A stretch of DNA of 64,000 nucleotides from Guillardia theta CCMP2712 (GCF_000315625.1 NW_005434671.1:124001-188000); one strand, 5' to 3'. Shown: positions 48,564 through 62,078, counted from the first letter of the stretch. The notes: a model not told the origin generated them from the sequence alone. Numbers and translations are program-made.

Positions 48564-50380
48564 TCATTGTGTTGCTGCTTCCTCCACGACAGCCCCCTCT
48601 GCAAGCATAGTCGTGAGTTCACACCAGTCAGACATCTTCTCAGTTGCAGGCTCAATCCTTCCTCCCAATCCCCTCCAGGCCACCACCCGCTCTCGTCTTC
48701 ACACAGAGGAATCTACCTATCGTCGTTCGAACAGCTTCTTTGGGCTGATACAAACAGTTTAGCTCCTCGCAAGATCTCGATGTTTGATCTCACCTGCAGG
48801 TCGACGAGCCGATTGCTCTCCGCTGCAAGATCGCTCACTCCTATCCTCCCTTGCAACTGACAAAGAAGCTGAGAACTATTTTCCAGCTTGCTCCCAGCTG
48901 ACCTTGATCCACTTTGCAACCGCTTCCATCTCCTCAGTTGAGATGTAGATGAACTTTCCACGGTCATCCAGGAGACCTGCAACGAGGTAAGAAGCGAGCT
49001 ACAGGGAGGAGAACCTACCAGTGATTCTTCCCATGGCCTCTAAACCTTCTACTCTGTTCACAACCTTGACAAGAGTATCAGAAAGACATCCAATAAGGTC
49101 CTGCAGCGGCTCCGTGGCTCACCTCCTGGGTCTTGAGTTTGAATTCACTTGCAACCTCGTCCAGCGGAGAAATCTTCTTGGCCTTGAGATAGTCAATGAA
49201 TTCCTGGCAATGTCTCAGTCATCCCGCTACCTCACAATTCGAACAGACTGACCTGAAGCATTCCCTGCGATTCTTGCAAATCTTCGTCTGCCTGGGCTCC
49301 ACCTTCCCCAGTCTCGAAGAGGTCCTGACAGAGAAGTGAATGAGACAAACAAGTCAGTGATGCAAGAGTCCGAGGATACACTCCGACAGGACAAGTTTTA
49401 GCCGAATCTTACCTTCCACTTGTCGTATTCTTCTTCCTCTTTCTTCTTCTTTTCCTCCTACGATATCAAAAGATCAAGGGAGCCACGACATGGTCAGCCC
49501 AAATACCAGAGCTCGTTTCTCTTCTTCTTCTTTCTCTTTCTCTTCTCTACGACGCTGCTCTTCCCTTCACAAAGACATGAGCACTCCAACAAGAAGAAGT
49601 ACTGCTCACCTCTCTCTCGCTTCCTCCTCACGCTTTTCAGCAAGCTCTTTCTTTCTCTTTCGATCCTGACCAATCTATAAGAAAGAACTTCCATGATCCA
49701 CTTCTAGGAACCTCTTCGATAGCCTCACGTTGAGCTCGTTTTTCCTGTTTGAAAATCAAATCAAACAAACTCTGGCATGATTTAACACAAACCTCTTTTG
49801 CTTCCATTTTCGCCAACTTCTTCTTCCCGATCTTCTTCCCATCATTGAAAGCATCTTCTTCATCTTCATTCTCTTCGTCCCCAGCCTGCCAATACACCTC
49901 AGCAATCACGGTCATCATCAACTAGTATCTTTTCATCCATTATCAAAAGCATTTCTTCCTCTTCGTTGTCTCTACTTGCCTGTCTCCGAGCACGCATCCT
50001 TGCCAGCGCGGTCCTCCTCGCCGCCGCTCCCCCAGCAGGGACCGCTTCGTCCTCCTCGTCCCTTGGAACCCTTCCTCTCCCTCCCTCAGCATTTACAGGA
50101 TCATGCCCTTTCGAATATGCCCACCTTCACAACCACACCATAAGGCCCAACATGCCAAGCAGCAGGTGAGCATGCGTTAGCAGGTACTCACTTTCCAACA
50201 ACCAGCGCGAGTATGAGGAAAAACCCCAGCACAAAGTAGAGAGGCAGCCTGCCATAGGAGGCAGTCAAGACAAAGTGTAGGAGACGACCTCATCTACATG
50301 GTTTGCGGAGGAGCTTCTCCTCGCATCTGTTGGAACCTGGCGCTGCTCGATACGTCATCGTCCCCTATCTCGTCCTCCAT
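48564..50380 (-). CDS. DDRGK1: DDRGK domain-containing protein 1 (UFBP1)
   Basis: N-terminal TM; [15 protein letters not shown]; [24 protein letters not shown]; [16 protein letters not shown]; ends approximate. Confidence 0.9.
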
Positions 50381-50897
50381 CGCCGCCTGCCGAGCGCATC
50401 AATGCTTGACCTCGTACAAGAATGCTTTATACCACAGCTGAGCTGAACAAGAAGCAGACGACGAGGAGGAGGAGGACTGTCAGTTGTCTCCTCCCCTCTC
50501 TCATGCTCCCACTGCCTCCGCCGCTTGCCGCCAGCATGGCCTCCAAGCAGCAAGACCGCATCCCCACTCAACCCGTCCGGCGGACTCCGGGGCCCGGAAC
50601 TTTGAACTCGTCGGCAGGTGAGAAACGATGTTTCAGGATCTATCGGGGGTGGGGTGATCACATGACCCCTACTCTATAGTGAAACAGTTGTGAGAAATCA
50701 GGGGTAATATGGAACAGTACGGGTAGGCAATTGATGTGGGTGATTAGGCCGAAATGCAGGCGAGGTCTGTAGGATAGAGGAAGACAACGTGGAGGGGAGG
50801 GCATGCTGGAGCCTGAGAGAAGGAAGATGTCTCAAGGGGTTTTGATGGATTGAAATCTGAAGAGAGACAAAAACAGCAGCAAAAGCTACTGATAGCG

Positions 50898-51746
50898 ATG
50901 CCATTGCAATGCATCGACTGTATGAATTAGAACCAAACCAATCGTATTTCCTGTTTCCTCCTCCTTCAAGTTCGCATGTCTGACTCAAGCTTGTAGGATT
51001 CCAAAGGATAATACATCGAAATGCCCATAAGCTCATTCAGCCTTCCCTTCCCGTCAGTTTTCTTGCCGTTTTATCCCGTGGTGATTTGACTTTTCATTAG
51101 TAACTGCAAATGGTGACACCGTACTGAACACAGGCACTTGTTCTCATACAGAATTTCTGTGCTGGAAAGTTTTTGTTCAGCAGGAAATTTCTAGGAAAGT
51201 ATCAAGAAATCGATCTATCTCTTGCTACTGTGAGGACCGAGGGATTCATCGTTGCAGTCCTGGTCCTGGTCCTGTGGATGCGAGTGATGCTGACATCCAA
51301 GAAGTACTACGTGGAAGCAAGTCCAGTGAGAAAACTTTGCTTGCAGGATTGAACATGAACATAATGATTTCATGCGCAGGTGTATCAGTGGAATCCGAAC
51401 AGCCTGGGGATCGTCTTTGTCTGCCTGTTCACTCCGTTCCATTGTTACCTCTTTCTTCTTGGCATTCCAGATGAATCGCTGCTGATGTCATATGTGGTTT
51501 GGGCGACTGGATATGGCTACATGCTGTTACTTTTGGCGTACCTCTTTACCCAAAGAGAGAAAATCTTGTCGAACATAAACAACGCTTCTTATCGCCACCA
51601 GGTGGAAGAATACAACACAGCTTGGAACGCTAGGAGACAACAAGAGACTGTGGTGAGTTGTTATGATCTGCACTGACACGAAGTCGATATATGATGAGTG
51701 TGTAGGAGTACGACGATTTCTTGAACACGCTGAATGTTATGCGATG
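50898..51746 (+). CDS. Small membrane protein, possibly Nur1/Mug154-like
   Basis: VYQWNPNSLGIVFVCLFTPFH plus a second TM segment; weak resemblance only; boundaries approximate. Confidence 0.3.
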
Positions 51747-51885
51747 ATGTCAGGTATGAATGAAACATGAATAAATGTGATACAGCCGCATTCGGATTCG
51801 GATTCAACTTTTAATCACGCTTGCCGATGTCACAGGCAATGAAGCAATTATCACTTGATCTTTGCGACTGTTACATGCAAAGAAA

Positions 51886-54571
51886 TCACATTTCATCTTG
51901 GAGCGGGTTGAGCGGATCATATCTCCTCCTGCAACGTAGGTGAACATTGAAGCAGCAGCGGGGGGTAAAGACGATCTCACTGTCGTTTGGCATCTTTCGG
52001 TCGCTGATCTTTGAGAGGATCATCTGTGCGAGGCATGAGAACAGAATGTTGGAGTGACAATGAGGGCGATGAGGTAGGGGATGAGGGTGATGAGGTAGGC
52101 AGTTACATGTCGCAAGGGAGTCGTCGTTCTCCATCTCTCTTTGCAGGAAGCTAACCTGTAAGTAAAATGTCAGTGACAAAGAACTCGACAAGTGATAGCT
52201 TTCCTTGCTCTCTTTCGCAAACTTCAATCCGTTTCCCTGGAATCACTGTCAAGCACAACTAGCAATCATCGAATAATCAAACCCCGAGCCAATCAGAATC
52301 ATCATAATCATCCAGCGCTTCCTGCCAGCCGATAGCACCGACTTCTGTTCTCACAAGCTCCTGCTTCTGCTGCTCCTTTTCTCTTTCCCTTTCAGCCTCT
52401 TTTTCCTTCTCTCTCTCTCTCTCCCTCTCCCTCTCTGCCTTGGCCAGTTGCTTTTGTTTGGCTATTCCCTGCAGCAACGTTAATCTCAATCAAACAAAGC
52501 ATCTCACACCCACCATCACATCCCCGAATAGAGTTTTTCCGACATCTATCGAAATGTCAAATGAAAGCTCGAACACGTGTCAATCTACTCTCTCTGAATG
52601 CCTGCAGCTTCTCCATGGTGTCGAATTGTCTGTGTTTCCCTGCACGCATCCTCACGTTCCTTGTGAACTGACACGTTCAGAGTTTTGGATTTACCAGTCT
52701 GTTTCTTCCTTTTCAGTTGCGCTCTCTTCTGTTCATGAGTGCTCAACAACTCTGCGTCTTTATCGATGGCCTGATCTCCAAGTTTCACTGCTCGCGTTCC
52801 TTTCTTCATGTTCAAGATTTCTTTCTGCAGAAACCAATGTCTATCATTGCAAGGGAAGAGAGGGGAGCAGGAGGAAAGAAAGGATGACCTTCAGACGTTC
52901 CATCTCCAAGATCCGAGCTTCTCTCTCCTTCTCCCTCTCATCGAAATCATCTGGCATGTCAATGTTCTCCTGTACAGAATCATATTCATTCTGAATTTCC
53001 ATCATCAATACAGACCTCTTGCTTGGTCTGATCTTGCAGCTTCTTCAGTTTGGTCTCCTTCACTGCCACAAAACGTTCCACCCGTTTCTCTCCAGCTGAC
53101 TTCTTCTTCGATTTTTCTGTCAACATTGTTGATGATTGCAAGCATCATCATTTCCATCGCACCATCGTCACTGGAAGAGTACTCGTCTTCATCTGCATCA
53201 TCATTCCCTCCTACATGAAAAAGGAGGTCAGAGCGACGGGCCATGACACGAGGGGAAAGCATGAGATCCTCACCTGCCGCCTTGCGAACTTCCATCTCAT
53301 CTCTCCTCTTGTCTTCTACACTTCTCTCGAGCCCAACCTCGTCACTCTCCTTCACCAGCCTGGCGAGCCATCAAGATGCAGCAAATGACGAACAAACATT
53401 CAACCTTGCATCTTCAAGCACATCATGTGCCGATACCATCTTCTTCTTGATCGGAAGGGTCGTCGACTCTTCCTCAAGTCCTGTATTCCCCCATCAACAC
53501 GCCCATGACTCCAAGATGAAGACTCACCAGGCGCTTCCTCGTCATCGGCAAAGGACAAGAGGGATTTGTTCTTCTTGACTTTGATCTTCACCAAGCATGT
53601 CAAGCTGTCGCTTCAATCTAAACACAAGACAACCTTGGGCTTCTCTTCCTCTTGCTGTTTGGGAGCGACTTCTCTCGGAATGATATCATCGAATGGGTTC
53701 AACAAGACCTCCGTCGACAGGATGCGAGGAGGGTAGAGAGGACGGTCATCCTGATCGCATTCGCTCGCTCCCATTGCATCTAGGTTAAAGATAGTCTTGC
53801 CAGTGACCTGCGAGAATCTTACAAGTGCCACGTCACCATGAAGTCATCGACCTTTCCGAATATTGTATGCTTCCCATTCAACCATTCGCACGGTGCTGAC
53901 AATACTGTTATGCGAGCACCGACGGAACGAATCCTTACCCAACGTCATGAAGAATTGACTGCCGTTGTCGTTCTAAGGGCACACAAAAACTATGAGCAGC
54001 GCAGCAAGGCGAGCACAGCACTCACTCTTCCTCCATTTGCCATCGCCACTAACCCCCTGACCGAAAACCTCAAGCGAGAGTGGATCTCATCCTTGAAAGT
54101 TTCGCCGTAGACTGATTCCCCTGCCAGGCTGTTACATCATCACATGTACTACGTCGTCAGTGAACCTCCTGAGCCAGTTCCCGTTGGATCGCCACCTGTC
54201 GGTAACAAACAAGAGGAAGCAGCAGGTTCAGAGATCCACAGCACAGAGTTGTCACATAGAGACCTTGCACCATGAACTTTGGGATAATACGATGAAACAT
54301 CGTGTTGTCATAGTATCCCTGATGAGGGGGCAGCCATATCAATGCCGGACCATCCCAACCGAATAATCGAAACGGCCTACCTCCATGCAGAGTTGGATGA
54401 AATTTCGACATGCTAGCGGCGCTTCTTTGCTCCAGAGCTCGATGTCGATTTCTCCCATAGTCGTGGTCAGCAGCACCTGTACGACCCTTCACGTTCATTC
54501 TAGACCGCGCAAGCAAGGAGGTCTCTTGCCTTGCCATTGGTAGGCGGCAAGTTCTGGTAGATTTGCGACAT
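51886..54571 (-). CDS. CWC27: Spliceosomal cyclophilin CWC27
   Basis: MSQIYQNLPPTNGKVLL...IELWSKEAPLACRNFIQLCMEGYYDNTMFHR...HSRLRF...HTIFGKVTGKTIFN...DRPLYPPRI...NPFDDIIPR; long charged tail ending YDPLNP. Confidence 0.92.
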
Positions 54572-55051
54572 TGTTCACCAAATGTCCTGGACGAATCAGG
54601 ATGTCACGTCCACAACCATGGTAAAGAAACTCGGATCGTTCGTTGGAACGTCCTATGATGAAGAGATGTTTCCAATAGCGGGACAGATTCCTATCAGACA
54701 AGGTGGAGGATGCAGGACTTGCAGTGCTACACGTAGACTTTCTCCTGATCCTCTCGCTGCCTCTAGCTCAGCCTCTCTCCTCCTGCATGCGCGCTCTTGG
54801 AATCTCGCGCGCATAGAAAGATGGACCCACATCCCTCCTCGCACCCACGGGAAAAGAGTTTCAGAATCGCAGTCGGAGAGGAAGACGGAAGAAGGAAGGA
54901 GGAAGCCAAGCAGGAAGAGACAGAGGAGGGAGGGAAGGAGAGAGGAGGAGAGTGAGCGAGGGGATGAGGGGGAAAGAGTGAGCGGGGTGGGACTGAGGGA
55001 GGGGGGCGGCAGGGAGAGGTTGGGTGGGGAGGAGGGAGGAGACGGGCAGAG

Positions 55052-56818
55052 ATGGAGAACGGGATCAAAGACAAGGACAAGGCTCCTGTCAAGACAAAGG
55101 CGAAACGCCTCAATGACACGGAACGGCTAGAGATCATCGCGAAACTTCAAGGGTCGAACATGAGTCAGCGAGCTGTATCGCGGGAGTATGGAGTGAGCGA
55201 AGGAGCCATCAGGAAGCTGTTGAAGCAGAAGAACTCCATCCTGCGCCGCGCTGAGAATGTATCGATGGCGAAGAGGATCAAGACATACCGAGCCTCTGCT
55301 CCACTCTTCCCTGCTCTCGAGGACAAGCTGTTCCGATGGGTGGATGGTTGTCAGAAGAGAAAAGTTCAGGTCTCTCCTTCCATGGCCATAGCCAAGGCCG
55401 CAGAACTGGCCAAGACGAGTGATGGTGGTTCAGAGAAGAGTTTCAAGGCCTCGTGGAAGTGGTTCTCGAGCTTCAGGAGGAGGAAAGGACTGCCGATGCT
55501 GCGAGGAGAAGGGAGCAAGGCTGAGCCCGACCTGCATGACACGTTGCAGAAGCTGGCGGAGATTATCGCTAAGTTCCCGGCTGAGAATGTTTACAGCATC
55601 GCTGAGACCGGGCTGTTCTATCGGATGCTGCCGCATCACAGTTTGCTGCCGTCTGAAGAAGACATCACAAGTGGCCCAGCGGCTAAACTTCAGAATGAAC
55701 GCATCTCAGTGCTCGTGTGCGCCAACGCGACAGGTTCTCATAGAATCCCGTGTGCTATCGTCGGGCATGCGTCACAGCCAGCACGTGCCTGGCCGACCCC
55801 ATACTTCTCTCAAAGGCAAGCTTGCGTAGATGGAGTAGTGCTCAAGAGTTGGTTTGACGAGGTGTTCTGCCCTTGTGTCCGGCAGTTCACCTCACAACCA
55901 GTCCTCCTCCTTGTCAATGACATGCAAGGGATGGCGAACGATCAGCTTGAGCAGGAGAAAGTGAAGCTGATCACGATCCCAGCGTGTCTGAAGCTGGCCA
56001 TTGACCAGGAGCTCATCGCCAGTCTTAAGAAGAGATACAAATTCCTTCACCTCAAAGAGGTCTTGGCATTCCATGCTCTGCATGATAGCGTGAGATCGCA
56101 GCTGAAAGAGTCTGCAAGATCTCTTCCTCTGGACTGTGCTGGTGTCAGGTATGGGAGGCCTGCAAACCTGCTGGATGCTGCCAACTTCTTGAAGGCTGCG
56201 TGGGAGTCGATCAGCATGGATGCCGTGAGGCACTCGTTCATCAGAGCCAACCTGGGGATCCGATACAGAGGGATGGTGGATACTGACGCTGCCAATGACC
56301 CCGAGCCCGATCAGCACGAGTACAACATGGCCGAGCTGATTGGAGGCAGTGCTGTGCTGAGCATCGAAGACCTGAATCGGTGGGAGCTCGCGGACCAGGA
56401 AGACTCGGAGGAGTTCAAGAGGGCCGTTTTGGAGGAGGTGGAAGCGGAGCTCAGTCTCGAGCATCTAGACCACGAGGACTTGGGTCATGGGCAATCCTAT
56501 GTGAAAGATGGTGACGTGGACGCTATGGAGGGTACTCCCCGCTCCACTGCCACCCCAGCTGCTGACCGGGCCTCTGACCCGGCAAGGGATGCCGCAAAGA
56601 ATGTGGCTGCTGGGCCTGTCGGTTTCTCAGGATGGAGGCAGGTGTACGAGACATACGGCTGCTTCATGGACAACCTCTATCACCCGGCAGCAGCTGAGTC
56701 GGCGGGCGAGCAGTATGAATCAATCATCGAAGGCCTCGAGAGAGTCAGGCCTCTCCTCAAGGGCCTTGTACATCGCGACGGCACTTCCATCCACTTCGCT
56801 TGCCCGCCCCCGCCGTAA
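55052..56818 (+). CDS. pogo/Tigger transposase-derived (CENP-B-like) protein
   Basis: HTH-psq (SQRAVSREYGVSEGAIRK), CENP-B HTH (FKASWKWFSSFRRR), DDE_1-like domain (AETGLFYR, ERISVLVCANATG, DQELIASLK); intronless. Confidence 0.88.
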   Translation: MENGIKDKDKAPVKTKAKRLNDTERLEIIAKLQGSNMSQRAVSREYGVSEGAIRKLLKQKNSILRRAENVSMAKRIKTYRASAPLFPALEDKLFRWVDGCQKRKVQVSPSMAIAKAAELAKTSDGGSEKSFKASWKWFSSFRRRKGLPMLRGEGSKAEPDLHDTLQKLAEIIAKFPAENVYSIAETGLFYRMLPHHSLLPSEEDITSGPAAKLQNERISVLVCANATGSHRIPCAIVGHASQPARAWPTPYFSQRQACVDGVVLKSWFDEVFCPCVRQFTSQPVLLLVNDMQGMANDQLEQEKVKLITIPACLKLAIDQELIASLKKRYKFLHLKEVLAFHALHDSVRSQLKESARSLPLDCAGVRYGRPANLLDAANFLKAAWESISMDAVRHSFIRANLGIRYRGMVDTDAANDPEPDQHEYNMAELIGGSAVLSIEDLNRWELADQEDSEEFKRAVLEEVEAELSLEHLDHEDLGHGQSYVKDGDVDAMEGTPRSTATPAADRASDPARDAAKNVAAGPVGFSGWRQVYETYGCFMDNLYHPAAAESAGEQYESIIEGLERVRPLLKGLVHRDGTSIHFACPPPP

Positions 56819-58636
56819 AATCTTGAAGGTGGTCAGTCAGGCCGACCGGTCCCCGGGTGATTGGGCGCATGCTTTCAATAAAGTACAGTAAGATACTCAC
56901 GGCATCGCCACGACCGCTGCATGCCCCGTGGGGACCGCTATGTCGACGAAGGAGATGACCTGCCCGTTGGCGATCCAGTCCGTGAAGGTAGGGGGGCAGT
57001 GGTAGGCCGTCCGCATCAAGAAGCAGGTGTTTGTGGGAGAAGCCGGCCTCCGAGCACCGCGAATCGGAGTAGCACTTGAACTGCCGACGAATGTTTTTAT
57101 CCCAAGTATATCTTCCTAATTTATTCTACCTTCTTGTTACATCATAACACTTTTCTTCTACCATCATCCTGTGTCCATGCTCGTGGTCCCTGTTTCTCCC
57201 TTCCCTCGGATCATCGTCGTTCGATCTCTTATCCTGCTAATCCTATCACCTTACTTTGTCATCAATGGCTTGTTACTTCGTCGCTCGTCGTTCATTGTCA
57301 GGCTGAGCCCTCGTGTGATCTCAAGTTACACATTGTGTGGCCACCGCATTTCAAGCTTCGACCGGAGGTTGCGTGAATTCATCGGTCTTCATTCTACACC
57401 GTGTTCGGGCAGTCCAGTTCTTCTCTGACTTCACGGCGGCTCCAAGTGAGGGCCCAGGACCGCTGCACATTAACTTGAGATGATGTCGTCACGACATCTT
57501 CAGGCCAACAGGTGTCTGATCATTGTTCAGCTGACACATTGGGACCGCTGTTTCCTCAGGGCTTCAACCTCTTCGCTTTCTTCTGACCTCTTGCTAATAG
57601 ATTTAACCCAGACCTCCCCAGCTGTCAAGCAGCAAGTCGCCCTCGCCTCCCTTCTGCTCTCCTATCTCCACTCTATTTCCCATGCTTTCCCTTCCTTCCC
57701 TCCTCCCCTCCCCTCCTTTCTATGTTTGCCTGAAGGATACGTGCAGGCAAGCAAAGGTTTTTCCATGCAGGAAGCGCAGGGGCCAGGAGCGCGACCTGCG
57801 TTTCAGGGCGGGGGCCGTGCTGACGCGCGATAAACCGCCCTTCGAGTACCGTCACCCGCCTCTGCACCTCCCTCCACCGCGCGAGCTCGTCGTCAGGGCC
57901 ACCATCGTGAAGACAACAACCGAGACATGATAATGGGGCAGTCGGGATGGTCTGCGCCGTCGCGCGCTCAACGTCTTGAGGGTCATCTCCGTCGTCATCG
58001 TCGCCTTCCGATCGTCCTCTACGCGTTCAGCGTCGTGGTGACCTTTCCCTTCTTCCTCTTCCACGAGGTCAGCGAGTCAGGCTCGCCATCCAGGGCGTGA
58101 TCATGAGACACACCGTCTAGAGGCGGAGGGATCCGATCGGCCTAGGTAGTAGTTTATTGACGTTAAACGTTTCGTTACTAGGACACGCAAGGGGCGCGGC
58201 GAGGCTAAACAGGCAAGACAGCGTCATCCGGGAGTTCCCAGAGCTTCCGGTGACGATGGACGTTGGCGGGCCACTGCTCAGGGCCGCATGCCCGCAGTGC
58301 CGCCGCGGCGGCCTGCAGCGCCTTCAAGTTGCCGGTCACACTTGACAGCCCGGCCAGTGTGACAGCCGGGCCTAGGCCGCCCCGGGCTGCCGGCCCGCGC
58401 CCGGGTACACTGAACTCATCTCCGAAAAGCCTTATCGGAACCATCCTACTGCCATGCCGACCGAGCGAGAGCAGCTTCAAGTTATGTCCCCGAGTGAGGG
58501 CATGCAGGGATGAAGTAAGAGGAGGACAAGACACGCGTGTGTTGACGCATCGAGCTGCCTGCGCTGCTTCCACTAAGAGTGGGAAAGTCACTTGTCTCTG
58601 GATTCCTTCCATTTCAGTGAGCAACAACTTCAGACC

Positions 58637-60200
58637 ATGACGTCGGCAAGGTCTCTCCTGTCAACCTGCATCATGATCGCTCTGGTTTTCAACGGTCTTG
58701 CTTCTGGGAGCATTGAGGTAACAGTAGATGAAAATCGTTTTACCCCCTAGATCCTTTCTAGTATTGATTCGGGGTACAGGATGAAGAGGTACCGCTCTTG
58801 CCAAAGTTTTCGTCCGAGGAGCAGGACTATCAGAAAGTGAGCTTGCCCACACATTGACGAGCTCATTCGGAATCTTTTCACTGATATATTTCTGATAGCG
58901 CTCTTGGGAAAATCTCATCGGCTGCTCCATAGCAATCAGGATGGCAAATAGCATTTTTGGAGATGTGAATGCAGAAAGTGCGGGGAACAAGACTTTGTCG
59001 TTGAAGGTCAGCAATGCAAATTGATCCTGATTTCCTTCTGCTGGCTGCATGTCACATTCATCATGAGATCACTCGTCTGTTGTGCATGCAAGAATGGTGC
59101 GGCAGTGATTTTTGGGCAACAACAGGACGCGAAATACAAAATGAAAAGTCAGTGCAAGTCGCTTGGAGGAATTTTCAACACGATGTGAGCTGTGTAGAGA
59201 TGGTCTTGATTGACAATGACTATGATGAAGGTGCAATCGGATATACACCACAATAGTAAAAAAACTGAAGAAAAGGGAGAAGGGAAGGTGAATTCATCAC
59301 AACAATCCGATTTGCGCTGCTGACTTTCGACCCTACCCTGATTAGCAAGTTAACGTCTCAAGCATTCTTGAAGGGTAATCTTATCATTCACAGTTGCCTT
59401 GCATCATGATGTCCGCACAGCGATCCGAACAGGAAAAGTCTGTCAGAGCAAAGATGTAACAGATGTAGTCTCAGGTCTTGTCAACATTCTCCTTCTCTCA
59501 CTGAATTCTCACCTGCAGATTTCAGCCCGAAAGCAGGATGCCGAAAGCGAGGAGACTGCTCTATTCACAGCCACATCTCAGAACTCGTCCTGGAGGTTCG
59601 AAGACGTTGGTGGTGAAACTTGTCACGTTGGATATCAGGGAGATCTTTCTTTCAGGAGAGGGTCGGCTCATTCGGCGAGTACGAAGATACCGCCTGTTTG
59701 TTATTCAGAAGATTTCTTCTTAACCTAATCGATTGAATTTGTAGATCATTCACCTCATGTTTGGAATGACTCCAGACTGGGGAGGGAAACCCTTCGGGTG
59801 AGATTTTGAGATGTTCCTTTCAAGCTCTTCTGTTCGGGATGGAGCTGACGGATGTGTTGGATCAGGATTGCTCACTATCTGTGTGTGCGGACAGCAAGCG
59901 ACATCATGAAGGTCAATTGCTCCACACCTTGTAAATTTTCCAACAAACAGCACACAGAACGCTACGATATTCCTCTACTACAAGCATGAACCCCAGGGAA
60001 AGGTGAAACAATCTTGCAAGAAATTGGAACCCGTAACATCGCTTTTGTCAGTGGTGGAAGAAAGCAAAACAACTTTTGCAGCCAATTCGCGTTGATCCTG
60101 TCGTGAAGGTGTGTATATACCTAGTTGTGTGTGTGTAAACTTACAAGTGACCATGGCGAAGATGAATGGAAGAGATATACCGAACATGGCACATGTGATG
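58637..60200 (+). CDS. Hypothetical secreted multi-exon protein
   Basis: MTSARSLLSTCIMIALVFNGLASG signal-like start then GTAAC donor and many short introns; 3' extent uncertain. Confidence 0.3.
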
Positions 60201-61939
60201 GAAATGTTCACGACCCGAATGTTGTGTGAGCTCGACTTTTAGGTTTCAGACCTTCTCAGGTTGCAGGCCTTGCGCGATCTCGGAGGTGAGACAAGTCGTG
60301 TTGAAAAGTCAATCATGAAGTTTGTTTGCTGGCAGGGATTTACATGGACATCGACGTCATTACTATCCGCTCTTTCGCGCCGTTGATGAAGGTCGAAATC
60401 TTCTCCTTTTCTCCCCTTGTGACTTGCCCATATCAGGATAACTCGTTTGTGATGGGGCAAGAGGGGGAGAAAGTGAGATAAACGAGTTTCATAACCTGCT
60501 GTTGTTGATCAACGAGTAGGGAGTCTACGGATTATGCAACGCTGTAATGCTGTCATCGCCCAACTCAACTTTTGTAAGAGATTTCGTTTACATTTCATGA
60601 TTTCAGAGATCATGATGAAAAGGATGGGTATGGATGGGTAGAAATGATGATTGAGGCAATGGTGGTGACTATACTATGATAATATGATGATGATGATGGA
60701 GGCAGAGTAGGAAAATTTGCGAATGGCGATGATGGAATCCTTGAACTGTTTCTGCTACCGCTGACCAATCCATGAAAGGTGAACTTGTGGATTCGTCACT
60801 ATGCGGAAGCATATGACCCAGCAATCTGGAGTATGCATTCAGGTAAGGTACAAACAAGTACAATGTACAAGAGGGGCGAAACGTGAACGCGAGAGCTTTG
60901 GAAGAGAAGAGTAGACGGTAGCTTCTGACGCAATGCTTGCTTACAGTCAAACTTCCGAGCATTCTCAGCCATTTATATCCCTCAGAGATCACTCAGGTGA
61001 CATGTTTCTCCTTCACTCTCCGTCATGATCTTTCCTGGCAAGGTGAATGATAAAGTCTTCTTCTATCCTCTCTGGGACAAAATCGACTACTTGTTCACCG
61101 GTGAGAAGTGCAGCTGTAGAAGATGGTGGCGGTGATGATGGAGATGATGATGTACATTGGTAGGACACGGAGAAACATTTCCTCGCAACATCGGTAGGCA
61201 TGTGCAGCTTGATCTCTCCCCACTGATCAGCTGCAGCGATGCATCTTTGGGAGTCTCTGTCGTGGGACAAGTACATTTCAAGGTTAGAGATGATATCTGC
61301 CTCCATCATCGTCTCCTCACCAAACTTGCATGATTGTCCTTCAGGCTCAACTTCGATTATATCATGAACGTCGACAACAACTTTAACAATCTAGTCTGTT
61401 CCTGTCTCTTCCTGCTTTCCTCATCTGAGACATTCATGGCAGGTGCGTCCCTTCCTCAAAGAGGAGACAAGAGGCAAAGCCTGACAGAGACAAGTGGAGG
61501 GGTATCCACGTTTGTGTGATTGAAAGGATCATTCAGAAGAGCCGATTCATTTCTAAACTTGCATCATTTCTGAACCTGCATCTATGTACCACTCTTACGC
61601 GTTCATCTGTACCGCATACGTCCTGCGGGTGTTCACTTCATTAACATAATATGCTGACATCATCGCTATTTCAAAATTTGCTACTCGTGTCCTCCTGCTG
61701 TCTCTGTCAAATTCCATCTGTTGTAGAAGAGGAGGGAGGAAGAAGGGAGCGAAGATAGAGGAGAAAATTTGAGGATACTGGAGTGAGCGAGAGAGTATGA
61801 AGGAGGGAGGAGTAACAGAGAAGAGCGGCGGAAGAGGAGCAACAACTTCGACTCGGGCACGAGGGAAGGAAGAAGAGGAAGGGAGGAGAAGGGAGGGAGG
61901 AGGAGAGGAACCTGAGGCACTACACGCGCAGACTCAGCC

Positions 61940-61987
61940 TTGAGTTGGGAGAGCTCATCGTCGGCAGTCTGTGGCCAGCGAGTTAAT

Positions 61988-62078
<91 letters not shown>

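Noticed and set aside
50503-50570. MLPLPPP peptide as a fourth microprotein copy
   Set aside because: Lacks TIKIAHVSxW and the LLxNVM block; arises from CT-rich promoter sequence.
54850-57100. Active pogo DNA transposon
   Set aside because: No TIRs or TSD seen and the catalytic Asp residues are substituted.
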